This document shows, piece after piece, positions 45,569-54,478 of a DNA stretch of 64,000 bases. Origin of the DNA: Labrenzia sp. (GTDB taxonomy: Bacteria > Pseudomonadota > Alphaproteobacteria > Rhizobiales > Stappiaceae). Under the pieces are notes generated by a model that saw nothing but the letters and a program-made list of their open reading frames with translations, ran no database searches and was not told where the DNA came from. The translations under genes were made by a program, and so were the position numbers. The stretch spans positions 4,844,408 to 4,908,407 of the forward strand of contig CP196552.1 of NCBI GenBank assembly GCA_051805445.1. Reading direction: 5' to 3'. Within the stretch, counting starts at the first letter, position 1. Each line of letters starts with the position of its first letter.

Positions 45569-46360
45569 TTGGACATGGTTGATCACCTGACTGAGTTTGC
45601 CCGGACCGCGAATGACCTTGCTGACGCCGCAGGCGACATCCTGCGGACAGCATGGTTCAGTGAGGGCGCCGTCTCGTACAAGGCCGACCGTTCTGCCTTG
45701 ACCGAAGCGGACACAGACGTTGAAAACCGTCTTCGTAATTTGATCGCACACTGTCATCCGGACCACGGCATTCTCGGCGAAGAGTTTGGTGCAGAAGACC
45801 TCGACAAGGAGTTTGTCTGGGTGCTGGACCCGATTGACGGGACACGGCAATTCGGTGCCCGGCTCCTCAATTTCGGTGTCCTGATTGCGCTCTGCCACCA
45901 CGGGAAACCTGTCATAGGCGTCATCGATCAGCCGATGGGGCATATCCGGTATTGTGGGATCAAGGGAGGTGGGGCGACCTTGAATGGCCGGTGCATCACC
46001 AGCCGCAAAGATGCGGATTTGGATCACGCTGTTTTGTCGCTGGCCAATCCGAATTCGTTTTGTCGTGAGAGCCGGCGAGGCTTTGAAGCTTTAAACAGCA
46101 CAGGCGCCATGAAAGGCTTTGATGGCGGATGCCTCGCCTACGGTGCCTTGGCGCGCGGGATGGTGGACGTGTGCCTGAACGGTCCGGATCTTGATCCGTT
46201 CGATATTTGTGCTCTGGTTCCAATCGTAGAGGAAGCAGGGGGATGCATCACGGACTGGAGTGGCGCTCCCTTATCGCTGTCATCACGAGGTGCAATTGTT
46301 GCGTCGGGCTCGATACAGCTTCATGAAACGGTATTAGATCTTTTGACAGGGCAGACTTAA
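45569..46360 (+). CDS. Inositol monophosphatase family protein (HisN-like histidinol-phosphatase candidate)
   Basis: EADTDVENRLR, WVLDPIDGTRQF, and a C-terminal DPFDICALVPIVEEAGG. The start is 45569 (TTG) or 45575 (ATG). Confidence 0.85.
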   Translation: MDMVDHLTEFARTANDLADAAGDILRTAWFSEGAVSYKADRSALTEADTDVENRLRNLIAHCHPDHGILGEEFGAEDLDKEFVWVLDPIDGTRQFGARLLNFGVLIALCHHGKPVIGVIDQPMGHIRYCGIKGGGATLNGRCITSRKDADLDHAVLSLANPNSFCRESRRGFEALNSTGAMKGFDGGCLAYGALARGMVDVCLNGPDLDPFDICALVPIVEEAGGCITDWSGAPLSLSSRGAIVASGSIQLHETVLDLLTGQT

Positions 46361-46527
46361 AGTCCCTGAAACAGTGCGGTCAAAATAACGGATCCGATGG
46401 TGACGGCAACCACGCCGGCTGCCAGTTTCCAGGCATCAGACCGCTTCTTGAGGCCAGGCCAGCCGAGCGGCTTGATCACCTGGATTGCAGCCACCAGGAT
46501 CAAGAATAGCGCGATTATTTTGGTCAA
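46357..46527 (-). CDS. Small predicted membrane protein (56 aa; below the ORF-track length cut-off)
   Basis: The reverse-strand frame is TTG-ACC-AAA..., translating to (M)TKIIALFLILVAAIQVIKPLGWPGLKKRSDAWKLAAGVVAVTIGSVILTALFQGL*. GGAG lies 8 nt upstream. Two hydrophobic helices are separated by a basic loop. The stop overlaps the IMPase-family stop in TTAA. Confidence 0.4.
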   Translation of the reverse strand: MTKIIALFLILVAAIQVIKPLGWPGLKKRSDAWKLAAGVVAVTIGSVILTALFQGL

Positions 46528-46600
46528 GGATGGCTCCGGACAGGCTTCGTTTGGAGATGCCTAAAACCCATACCCAATCATCTGACAGACCACAAGCGCG

Positions 46601-47902
46601 CTATCTGGATGCGTATTTCCGTTCGTTGTAAAGCGCCATGTATTTCGGCAATTTGCTCATGTCCGGCACGACGATCATTGTTTTGACCTTGCCCTGTTTG
46701 AAGGCTCTCAGGAACTTGTCGTAGTGGGTGAACGCAACACAGCCATGTGAGCCCTTGCTGCGCCGAAGAAGCGGAGAGTGCGCCAGCATACCGTCGCGGC
46801 CCCGCATGGCAGCAACATCGTAGGGCAGCATCCGAATTGCCTCGACCCCGTGGAAACGGCGCTCGCGCATCCGCAGCTTGTAAACGTTTGGCGGCGTGGG
46901 ACCGAGGTTTTTCACATAGGCGTATTTGGGTTTGTTCATCCGGTGTCCGATGCCGGAATTCGCCTTGAGTTTGCTGCCATCTGGCATGTGAACGACAGCT
47001 GCGCTGATGTCATACACTGCGACTTTGCTGCTGCGGCCCGGCAAGCCACCGCCTTTACCGTTGAAAAGTTTTCCGAGGCCGCTGAACGGTGAATCATCTT
47101 TGCCCGGTTCCTGCGGCTTGGCGTAGGCCATTATAGGCGGCTGTGTGGTCTGGCGTGTGTTTGGTGTAGAGGAGGGCTTTGAAATTGCGCCGGGTTTGGT
47201 TCGAACCAAGGGTTTCGGACGCATGGCAGGCACGGGCAGCACATTTGAGGGCGACAGGCTTGCCACTTGCACAGAAGCCGTTTCTGCGTCGATCATCGGC
47301 AGGGTATCGACTGTTGACGGATCTGTCGTGTCATGGGCCGGTTCTACCAGGCCCGCGACGACCGTTTCCGGTTCAGCTGTGTCAGCAGCTTGTCCTGCCG
47401 GCGCGGTTGCTTCAGCCGTCAGAGTATTGCTGCCAGCTGGAGCCGACGGACCATAAACGTCATCGTTTTTGGCAGGCCTGCTCGCCAAAAGCGCATAGCG
47501 GAGGTTTAGGGACGCCAAGCGTTGTGCGAGGGCCACCTTGGCGACGACCTTTTGGTCCTGTGTTGGCAGAAGCTGTGCCGTAGCCGGGACAATATTTGCC
47601 TTGTTGTTGGCATCCAAAGACGCGCGTTCATTCTCAGGGAAGTCCGGCATCACGATCGACGTTGCGATACGAACCGTGTGGTTTGCATCTTCGGCCTTGG
47701 CAACCTGTACCGTGGCCTTGATTGGAGTGAGCGCGACTGCCTTATGCTCAGCTGTGCCTTGCAAGGCAGGCAATGCCGCCTTGATGGCGAGAGCACCGGC
47801 AAGGATTGTAACCGCACCGATTGTCAAAAGATGGCCGCCGAAGCTGCTTTGCTTGGATGCCGGAGTGTGCGCCTTGGGCGTGGACTGGTGTGTCTTTGGC
47901 AT
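46601..47902 (-). CDS. Membrane-anchored protein with a C-terminal L,D-transpeptidase-fold (YkuD/Tlde1, DUF2778-like) domain
   Basis: 433 aa. It has an N-terminal TM (LLTIGAVTILAGALAIKAAL), a long Ala/Pro/Thr-rich linker, and a C-terminal domain ending in HSPLLRRSKGSHGCVAF, which resembles the SHGC(I/V) catalytic motif of L,D-transpeptidases. Confidence 0.65.
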   Translation of the reverse strand: MPKTHQSTPKAHTPASKQSSFGGHLLTIGAVTILAGALAIKAALPALQGTAEHKAVALTPIKATVQVAKAEDANHTVRIATSIVMPDFPENERASLDANNKANIVPATAQLLPTQDQKVVAKVALAQRLASLNLRYALLASRPAKNDDVYGPSAPAGSNTLTAEATAPAGQAADTAEPETVVAGLVEPAHDTTDPSTVDTLPMIDAETASVQVASLSPSNVLPVPAMRPKPLVRTKPGAISKPSSTPNTRQTTQPPIMAYAKPQEPGKDDSPFSGLGKLFNGKGGGLPGRSSKVAVYDISAAVVHMPDGSKLKANSGIGHRMNKPKYAYVKNLGPTPPNVYKLRMRERRFHGVEAIRMLPYDVAAMRGRDGMLAHSPLLRRSKGSHGCVAFTHYDKFLRAFKQGKVKTMIVVPDMSKLPKYMALYNERKYASR

Positions 47903-48299
47903 AAAGCACGTGTTTCCCTGAGACCGCGGACCGAATCACGCGGCAATGTTTACTGATACTCGCCCGTCAAGCTTGCCTGAGGCGTTTATATAAACTTTTA
48001 ACCATACGGCGATTTTTTGCCGTTTCGGCCGGGGCGCGGCGCACTCGAAACTCAGATCACCTTGACTGAGGTGCCCGCGAAGTGCCCGTTTGTTTTCCGC
48101 GATATCCAAAATTGCTCGCCCAGGGGGGCGGTTCTGTGGAGGAACCCGGCAACTTCTGCAGGGGCGGGAAAAAATGCTCTATCCGGCAGCGCGCCGTTTG
48201 ACTTCAAATGCGGGCCAAAATATGTCCCTGACCGCTTGACCCTGGCCGGAAAACCCGGCACATGCGGCCAATTGGTGGGCCCAACGGACACGGATCCTG

Positions 48300-48980
48300 A
48301 TGTACCTGATCATATTTGACGTCGATGGCACGCTTCTCGACAGCCAGAACACCATCGTGCATGGCTTCGAAACGGCGTTTTCCGCTGCCGGGCTTCCGGC
48401 ACCGGATCGAAAGACCATCCTGTCGATCGTTGGGCGGTCGCTGGAAGAGGCATTTCAGGATCTTGTCGGTCCTGAGCACACGCATCTGGTCGCGCTAATG
48501 GCGGACGCTTACCGCACGGAAAAAATCGCTCGACGGACGTCTGGACTGGACCTTGATCCGTTGTATCCGGGCGCCCGCGAAGCGATCGACCGCCTTCATG
48601 CACGGCCCGATGTTTTGCTAGGCATCGCAACGGGCAAGGCAATGCGCGGAGTTCGGTACATGCTGGATGTCCACGATCTGCATGGCCGTTTCATCACCAT
48701 CCAGACCGCGGACACGTCTCCTTCAAAGCCGCATCCGGACATGATCGAACGGGCTTTGCGGGAAACCGGTGCAGAAGCCCTAAAGACGGTCATGATCGGT
48801 GATACCGGGTTTGACATGTCCATGGCGCGGTCTGCCGGGGTCCATGCAATCGGTGTGACCTGGGGCTACCATGATCACAGCCAGTTGGTCACCGAGGGCG
48901 CAGAGCGGATCGTGGATACTTTCGATGAGCTCGTGCTGGCGATCAATGAAGTTTTGGAAATTGCAAAGGAAGCAGTGTGA
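48300..48980 (+). CDS. HAD-superfamily hydrolase (phosphoglycolate phosphatase-like)
   Basis: Motif I is IIFDVDGTLLDS and the C-terminal motif is MIGDTGFDMSMA. Confidence 0.88.
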   Translation: MYLIIFDVDGTLLDSQNTIVHGFETAFSAAGLPAPDRKTILSIVGRSLEEAFQDLVGPEHTHLVALMADAYRTEKIARRTSGLDLDPLYPGAREAIDRLHARPDVLLGIATGKAMRGVRYMLDVHDLHGRFITIQTADTSPSKPHPDMIERALRETGAEALKTVMIGDTGFDMSMARSAGVHAIGVTWGYHDHSQLVTEGAERIVDTFDELVLAINEVLEIAKEAV

Positions 48981-49753
48981 TGCGTGACTATCTTGAAGCA
49001 TTGCATGAAGATGCGGCAAAGGATCCGGAGCAACGGGCCCGGGAACTGTCCCGCCGCGAGCTGCCAAAGAGATTCTATAAGAGCGCCGAACACATTGAAA
49101 CAGAAGATGGTTTTGCCATTCATCTGGATGGGCGTCCGGTCAAGACACCGGCCAAGTCGACATTGCTGCTGCCGACTGAGGTGCTCGGCGCGGCCGTTGC
49201 CGCGGAGTGGGACGCTCAGGAAAAGGAAATCAATCCGGGCCGAATGCCTCTGACGCGGATTGCCAATTCCGCTCAGGACGCAGTCGCCAATCGGTTTGGC
49301 GAAGTCGCGGATGACATCACCGGGTTTGCCGCAAATGACGCGCTTTGCTATCGGGCCGACGACCCTGAGAGCCTCTGCGACACCCAGCGCCGTGTGTGGG
49401 ACCCTGTGGTTGAGTGGGCCGGAGACCAGCTCGGCGGACGGTTTGTGCTCATAGAAGGAATCATGCATACGCCGCAGGATCCTGCGCTGCTGACCGCGTT
49501 CCGCACCAGGATCTCCGAAGACAGCCCGCTGCGGCTTGCCGGGCTGCATACCGTCACCACGTTGACCGGGTCGGCGCTCCTTGCGCTGGCCCTGCGCGAC
49601 GGGTTCCTCGATGCGGACAGTGTCTGGACCGCAGCCCATGTTGAAGAGGACTTCAACATTGAGCGTTGGGGCGAGGACGCGGAAGCCAAACAGATCCGCG
49701 CATATAAGCGCTCAGAGTTCGATGCGGCCGCTCTTGTTCTGGCAAACGCATAA
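48977..49753 (+). CDS. ATP12-family F1-ATPase assembly chaperone
   Basis: 258 aa. KRFYKSAEHIETEDGFAIHLDGRPVKTPAKSTLLLPTEVLGAAVAAEWDAQ. It has a 4-nt overlap with the HAD gene. Confidence 0.85.
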   Translation: MMRDYLEALHEDAAKDPEQRARELSRRELPKRFYKSAEHIETEDGFAIHLDGRPVKTPAKSTLLLPTEVLGAAVAAEWDAQEKEINPGRMPLTRIANSAQDAVANRFGEVADDITGFAANDALCYRADDPESLCDTQRRVWDPVVEWAGDQLGGRFVLIEGIMHTPQDPALLTAFRTRISEDSPLRLAGLHTVTTLTGSALLALALRDGFLDADSVWTAAHVEEDFNIERWGEDAEAKQIRAYKRSEFDAAALVLANA

Positions 49754-49785
49754 GGCTCGATAGCCTTGATGGTAAAGGTCTGAGT

Positions 49786-49818
49786 GTTTACTGGGCCCCT
49801 GCCTACGCAGGGGCGGCC
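49786..49818. repeat. REP-like palindromic element, copy R1
   Basis: GTTTACTGG-GCCCCTGC-CTAC-GCAGGGGC-GGCC, an 8-bp stem with a 4-nt loop. It lies between the convergent ATP12 and GIY-YIG genes. Confidence 0.7.
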
Positions 49819-49823
49819 AGCTG

Positions 49824-50126
49824 TCATTGTGTGTTCAAGCTGGGAAACAAATCGACCCAATCCGGATTGTGTTCCTCAATCATTCGGATCTTCCAACTCC
49901 TTTTCCATTTCTTGATGTTGTGTTCCCGCTGATAAGCCTCTTCCGGGCGTTCAAACATTTCGAAATACAACAGTCTATGGAGTTGGTGTTGTCTGGTAAA
50001 AATGGAGCCGGTGCCGTCGCGATGTTCGGAGATCCTGCGAATGAGATTATTCGTCATCCCGACGTATAAGGTTCCGCCGATGCGGTTGGTCAGGATATAA
50101 ACGAAATACGCTCGCTCAGACCGCAC
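49824..50126 (-). CDS. Small GIY-YIG (URI-domain) nuclease superfamily protein, YhbQ/COG2827-like
   Basis: 100 aa. YFVYILTNRIGGTLYVGMTNNLIRRISEHR carries the GIY-YIG motifs, with a downstream conserved E in MIEEHNP. Confidence 0.85.
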   Translation of the reverse strand: MRSERAYFVYILTNRIGGTLYVGMTNNLIRRISEHRDGTGSIFTRQHQLHRLLYFEMFERPEEAYQREHNIKKWKRSWKIRMIEEHNPDWVDLFPSLNTQ

Positions 50127-50167
50127 GTGTCATGACGTTTCTTCACTCCAGGCCTGGAAAGCACTTT

Positions 50168-50200
50168 TGCCGCCCCTGCGAACGCAGGGGCCCAGTAACC
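50168..50200. repeat. REP-like palindromic element, copy R2 (inverted relative to R1)
   Basis: TGCC-GCCCCTGC-GAAC-GCAGGGGC-CCAGTAACC. Its reverse complement matches R1 over TTACTGGGCCCCTGC....GCAGGGGCGGC. Confidence 0.7.
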
Positions 50201-50285
50201 ACTATGATTGGCCTTATTGTGACTTCTGTCAAAGGCCGACTGTGTCTCTGACCTTCGCTGCAACTTCTCTGACGAACTGGAATAC

Positions 50286-50312
50286 CAGGCCCCTGCCTTC
50301 GCAGGGGCGGCC
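50286..50312. repeat. REP-like palindromic element, copy R3 (same orientation as R1)
   Basis: CAG-GCCCCTGC-CTTC-GCAGGGGC-GGCC, about 30 nt downstream of the mgtE stop. Confidence 0.7.
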
Positions 50313-50342
50313 TAAGGATAAGATACTTGGCCGATAGGGACA

Positions 50343-51770
50343 TCAGCCCAGATAAAACGTTGTTGCCATCAGGAAGAAGATCAGAACGCCCAAGACGTCA
50401 TTGGACGAGGTGATAAAGACACCGATGGCCATTGCCGGATCGATGCCGATCTTGTCGAGAATAATTGGAATGGTGGCGCCGACCATGGCAGCAATTGTGG
50501 TGACGCACAACAAAGAGAGTGACGTCGCCAAAGCCAGATCTAACGGCGCTTCTAGCGGCACGACGAAAGAGGCAAGAATGACCAGCGTCCCAAGGATGAT
50601 TCCGGCCACAGTGCCATTCAAAAGGGCTGCCAGGAATTCCTTGAGCAGCCGGAACACAATATCACCGGACCAAAGGGCGCCAGTAGCGATCCCCTGAACG
50701 GCAACCGCGGACGCTTGAAGCCCGGCATTGCCCGCCATCGACATGGTCACTGGGATGAAAGCTGCCAGGATTGCCGCTTCTGCCAGCTGGTCTTCGTAGG
50801 ACCCGACAACAGTTGCCGCAACACTTGCACCGATCAGTCCTGCGAGCAGCCAGGGCAGGCGGCCCCGGACGATCCGGAAAACCGTATCGTCGGAACGGGA
50901 TTCGGCTGACACACCGCTCATCAAGAGCATGTCTTCATTTGCCTCGTCGGATGCGATCCGGGTCAGCTGCTTTGGCGTGATCCGCCCCACCAAATGGCCG
51001 TCCGCACCAACAACCGGGACGGTTCGCATGTCCCGTTTTCGGGCGAGGCGCAGAACCTCTTCCTGATCCAAATCGGCTGAGACTGAGATGACATCGCGGT
51101 TCATGATGCTGGACAACGGCGCGTCTGCTGGGGCCAGCAAGAGTTTGCCGACTTCGACCGTCCCGGTTAGCCGACCGTCTTTATCGGTGACATAAACGGT
51201 GAAAACCTTGCGGATCCGGTCGGCCTCCGCGCGCATCTGTTCGACGGCCTCTCCGGCCGTGCAGGCCTCCGGCAGCGCGACAAACTTGCGGGCCATAACC
51301 CGCCCTGCCGTGTCGTCGGCATAAGATGCCCGGGTGGCGATGTCCTCCACATCGGGCAGGCGCGTGATCAACTCATCGGCGGCATCTTCGGGAAACTCGT
51401 TGAGGATCTCGATTGCGTCTTCCGGGTCGAGGCCAGCCAGGATGTCCCGGAACTGATCGAGGGTGGACTCCTCCATCAAAATGGACCGGAACTCCGGACT
51501 AAGCTCCGCAACAACCTTGATCGAGGGATTGGCCGGGAGCCACTTGAACAGCTTTCGGGCGTGTTTCAGACGGAGCCGTGTCAGCATCTGCATGACGTCG
51601 GTCGGATCCCACAGCTTCAATAGATCAAGGAGTTCTTGCCGTTTCCCGGCCTTGATCATGTCGCGCACGGCGTTCAGCGTTGCGTCGTTCTCGTCAAGGT
51701 GTTCCTGGGCCGGTTCGCGGGTCCAGACAAAGTCTGGAAGTGCGGACGTCATTGTGTCGGCTTTGCTCAT
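50343..51770 (-). CDS. mgtE: Magnesium transporter MgtE
   Basis: 475 aa. It has an N-domain, tandem CBS domains (VMARKFVALPE..., IMNRDVISV...) and a C-terminal 5-TM MgtE channel domain. Confidence 0.92.
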   Translation of the reverse strand: MSKADTMTSALPDFVWTREPAQEHLDENDATLNAVRDMIKAGKRQELLDLLKLWDPTDVMQMLTRLRLKHARKLFKWLPANPSIKVVAELSPEFRSILMEESTLDQFRDILAGLDPEDAIEILNEFPEDAADELITRLPDVEDIATRASYADDTAGRVMARKFVALPEACTAGEAVEQMRAEADRIRKVFTVYVTDKDGRLTGTVEVGKLLLAPADAPLSSIMNRDVISVSADLDQEEVLRLARKRDMRTVPVVGADGHLVGRITPKQLTRIASDEANEDMLLMSGVSAESRSDDTVFRIVRGRLPWLLAGLIGASVAATVVGSYEDQLAEAAILAAFIPVTMSMAGNAGLQASAVAVQGIATGALWSGDIVFRLLKEFLAALLNGTVAGIILGTLVILASFVVPLEAPLDLALATSLSLLCVTTIAAMVGATIPIILDKIGIDPAMAIGVFITSSNDVLGVLIFFLMATTFYLG

Positions 51771-51856
51771 TCAGGCAGGACTCCGGTTGTCTCCGCACGC
51801 TTTTAGAAGCTCAATGTGACGGAACCCTAACAAAGGCGGGCAGTGCCGGAAATCAG

Positions 51857-52588
51857 TTAGACGTCGAACTCTTCCAGATCGGCAAAACCTTCGCGAAGTT
51901 TCTCTGACCAACCGTGGGAAAGCTTTTGGAAATACGGGTTGTCCTGCTCGATGCGGATTTGCCGGTCGGTGTTGAAGCTGTCTGTGTTGTAGAGCAGCAT
52001 GTCGATCGGCATGCCGACGGACAAATTCGAGCGCAAAGTGGAATCAAAGGACAGGAGGATCATCTTGGCAGCCTCGCCAAGACGCATGTTCTTTCGTGTG
52101 ACACGATCGAGGATCGGTTTGCCGTATTTGTGCTCGCCGATCTGCAGAAACGGTGTGTCATCGGCGACTTCGATGAAATTGCCCGCGGCATAGACCTGGA
52201 ACAGGCGCGGTTCTTCACCCTTGATTTGGCCGCCGAGAATGAAGCTGACATAGAAGTTGTCGGCGTTCGCGGCCAAGGCCTCACCATCGATCGCCTTGAC
52301 CTCACGAATGGCGCTGCCGACAAGACGCGCGACCTGGAACATGGTCTTTGCCGTCATCACGGTGGTGCGTTCATCGCTTGAGTTGTCGGCGTGCTCGCTC
52401 AACAGGGACACGACCGCTTGTGTGACGGCCAGGTTGCCGGACGACAGCAAGGTGATGACCCGCTCGCCGGTGTTTTCCCAGACATGCAGCTTTTTGAAAG
52501 ACGCAATGTTGTCGATGCCGGCGTTGGTGCGCGTATCGGCAGCCAACACAAGGCCACGGTCCAGTTTAATTCCAACGCAATAGGTCAT
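51857..52588 (-). CDS. Proteasome-type protease, Anbu (ancestral beta subunit) family
   Basis: 243 aa. The N-terminus MTYCVGIKLDRGLVLAADTRTNAG carries Thr at position 2, consistent with an Ntn hydrolase. It is the last gene of the ATP-grasp/alpha-E/transglutaminase operon. Confidence 0.85.
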   Translation of the reverse strand: MTYCVGIKLDRGLVLAADTRTNAGIDNIASFKKLHVWENTGERVITLLSSGNLAVTQAVVSLLSEHADNSSDERTTVMTAKTMFQVARLVGSAIREVKAIDGEALAANADNFYVSFILGGQIKGEEPRLFQVYAAGNFIEVADDTPFLQIGEHKYGKPILDRVTRKNMRLGEAAKMILLSFDSTLRSNLSVGMPIDMLLYNTDSFNTDRQIRIEQDNPYFQKLSHGWSEKLREGFADLEEFDV

Positions 52589-52673
52589 ACGGCTCTTCCC
52601 GATCCCGCGAATTTTGGCCGACGCCGTTTAGTCCCAGTTCCCGGCGTTGGCAAGCGGATTCAAAAAGACCCGA

Positions 52674-53492
52674 TTATTGTTGCTGCTGAAGCGCAGCTTG
52701 CGCCACATCCACCTCGACATGCAGGTTTTCTTCCTGCCCGCCAAAACGGATCCCCCGGATAGGAGCAGCGGAACGCGAGTCGAGGCCCGTGGTCAAGCGG
52801 ATATAGCGCTCTGTCGGGCAAATAGCGTTGGATACATCGAAACCAACCCAGCCAAGGCCCTCGATCCGGACTTCGGCCCACGCATGATGCGCTTCAGAGG
52901 CCTGTTCGTCTTCCAGCAGCAAATAGCCCGACACATAGCGTGCCGGTGTTCCGATTGAGCGGGCTGCAGCGATGAAAATATGGGCATGGTCCTGGCAAAC
53001 ACCTTCACCGGCCGCCAGTGCAGTCGTTGCACTGGCGTGGGTCTCTGTCACGCCCACCTTGTAGTCGACCTTGTCGCGGATGGCGTGCATGAGCTCGTGA
53101 AACCCGCCGATCGGATCCGGGACTTCTGCAAGGGCTGCCAGTTTCCGGATCGCCTGGTTCGAATGGGTGAGGGGTGTGACGCGGGTGTAGATCCGTGCGG
53201 GCGCGCTGGCGCCCTTTTCTTTGCCGATCACGCCATTGGTTTCCGTCGTTTCCACAGTGCCGGTGGCAGTGATTTCAACGTCTTCAACAGGCCCCGCGCG
53301 CGAGACCATATGCACGATGTTATTAAAAGCATCGGAATAGGTTGTTGCGCGCTCAATGCCTGGCGCTTCGATACTCCAGTCAATGATCCGTTGCGCAGGA
53401 TTGTCGACCGGCGTGAGCCGAAGCTGCTGCATGGCGTTGGCGAGCGGCTGATCGTATTTGTAGCGAGTTGTATGTCGGACGAATAATCGCAT
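52674..53492 (-). CDS. Transglutaminase-like cysteine protease family protein
   Basis: MRLFVRHTTRYKYDQPL. The Cys-His-Asp core is GVCQDHAHIF, HAWAEV and GWVGFD. Confidence 0.9.
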   Translation of the reverse strand: MRLFVRHTTRYKYDQPLANAMQQLRLTPVDNPAQRIIDWSIEAPGIERATTYSDAFNNIVHMVSRAGPVEDVEITATGTVETTETNGVIGKEKGASAPARIYTRVTPLTHSNQAIRKLAALAEVPDPIGGFHELMHAIRDKVDYKVGVTETHASATTALAAGEGVCQDHAHIFIAAARSIGTPARYVSGYLLLEDEQASEAHHAWAEVRIEGLGWVGFDVSNAICPTERYIRLTTGLDSRSAAPIRGIRFGGQEENLHVEVDVAQAALQQQQ

Positions 53493-53521
53493 CTCGGTTC
53501 CGAAATTGTTCGGTTGACAGG

Positions 53522-54472
53522 TCAGGCGAAGTTGTAATCTTCACAAAGTTGGTGGGCGAACTGGTTGTTCTTGCCGATAAAGTCGATCAGGAAGTCATGC
53601 AGGCCTTCCTGGTAGATGTCCCGCATCTGCTTCTCCTTCAGATCCTTGAAGACATCAGCCGCCAAATCCAGGCTTGGTTCCCGCGACCCATAGAAATGTC
53701 CTAGGTCTTCGGCCGTGTCGGCAAGCCAGTCATAACAATAGGCGAGCGACCGGGGCATTTCGCGCCGCAGGATCAGAAATTCGGCAATGTTGAAAGCTTT
53801 CAACTGTGCGTTTGGATAGGCAAACCGGTAGCTCCGGCGGCCGGACAAGGCCCGCAGGATTGCAGACCACTGATACCGTTCAGAACTGCCGTCTTCGATG
53901 ATTTCGTTGTCTGGCAAGAGCACCCAGTATTGGTTGTCGAGGATCCGTGCGGTATTATCGGCCCGTTCGACAAAAGTCCCCATCTGGCTGAAGTAGTAGC
54001 CGTCATCCCGCAACACGGTATTCAGAAGGGCCCCCCGGAAAAGATGTGACCGCTGAGCAAGCCAAGCCAGAAAGTCGGGCAATTTTTCCTGGGTGACTGA
54101 TTGCGGGCTGGTGTCGCAAAACTCAATCCAGGTCGTATTGATCGCCTCCCAGAGTTCTGCAGTTATGCCAGTCCGCACTGCACGGGCATTGTTGCGTGTC
54201 AGCTCAAGGCAGTTGCGGATGCTGATCGGGTTGTCCTTTGAAAACACCATGTAGTTGGTAACGTGCCGCGAGTGCAGCTCGTCATGTTTTTCATGGTAGC
54301 CAGTCTCAGCACCTGAACAGGCAAGAGCGAATTGCCAATGGTGGCCTTCGGCTTGCCCATCGTAAGCCATGATAGCCCCGCGATAAGCAACTTCCATCAG
54401 TCGGGTGATGTTTTGGGCGCGCTCCTGATAGCGCGACATCCAGAACAAGGAGGCGGCGGTTCTTCCTAGCAT
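53522..54472 (-). CDS. Alpha-E domain protein (COG2307)
   Basis: MLGRTAASLFWMSRYQERAQNITRLMEV is the characteristic N-terminus of this family. It lies between the ATP-grasp and transglutaminase genes. Confidence 0.88.
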   Translation of the reverse strand: MLGRTAASLFWMSRYQERAQNITRLMEVAYRGAIMAYDGQAEGHHWQFALACSGAETGYHEKHDELHSRHVTNYMVFSKDNPISIRNCLELTRNNARAVRTGITAELWEAINTTWIEFCDTSPQSVTQEKLPDFLAWLAQRSHLFRGALLNTVLRDDGYYFSQMGTFVERADNTARILDNQYWVLLPDNEIIEDGSSERYQWSAILRALSGRRSYRFAYPNAQLKAFNIAEFLILRREMPRSLAYCYDWLADTAEDLGHFYGSREPSLDLAADVFKDLKEKQMRDIYQEGLHDFLIDFIGKNNQFAHQLCEDYNFA

Positions 54473-54478
54473 GTCGTC

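Noticed and set aside
50143-50343. A 66-aa minus-strand ORF lies between the GIY-YIG gene and mgtE.
   Set aside because: It is built almost entirely from the two REP-like hairpins R2 and R3 (PLRRQGPG... and ...GPLRSQGRQ are translations of the palindromes). It is a repeat artefact, not a gene.
51771-51856. An M-box (Mg2+) riboswitch might lie upstream of mgtE.
   Set aside because: Only 86 nt separate mgtE from the preceding gene. That is too short for the ~160-nt M-box aptamer, and no matching conserved helices are apparent.
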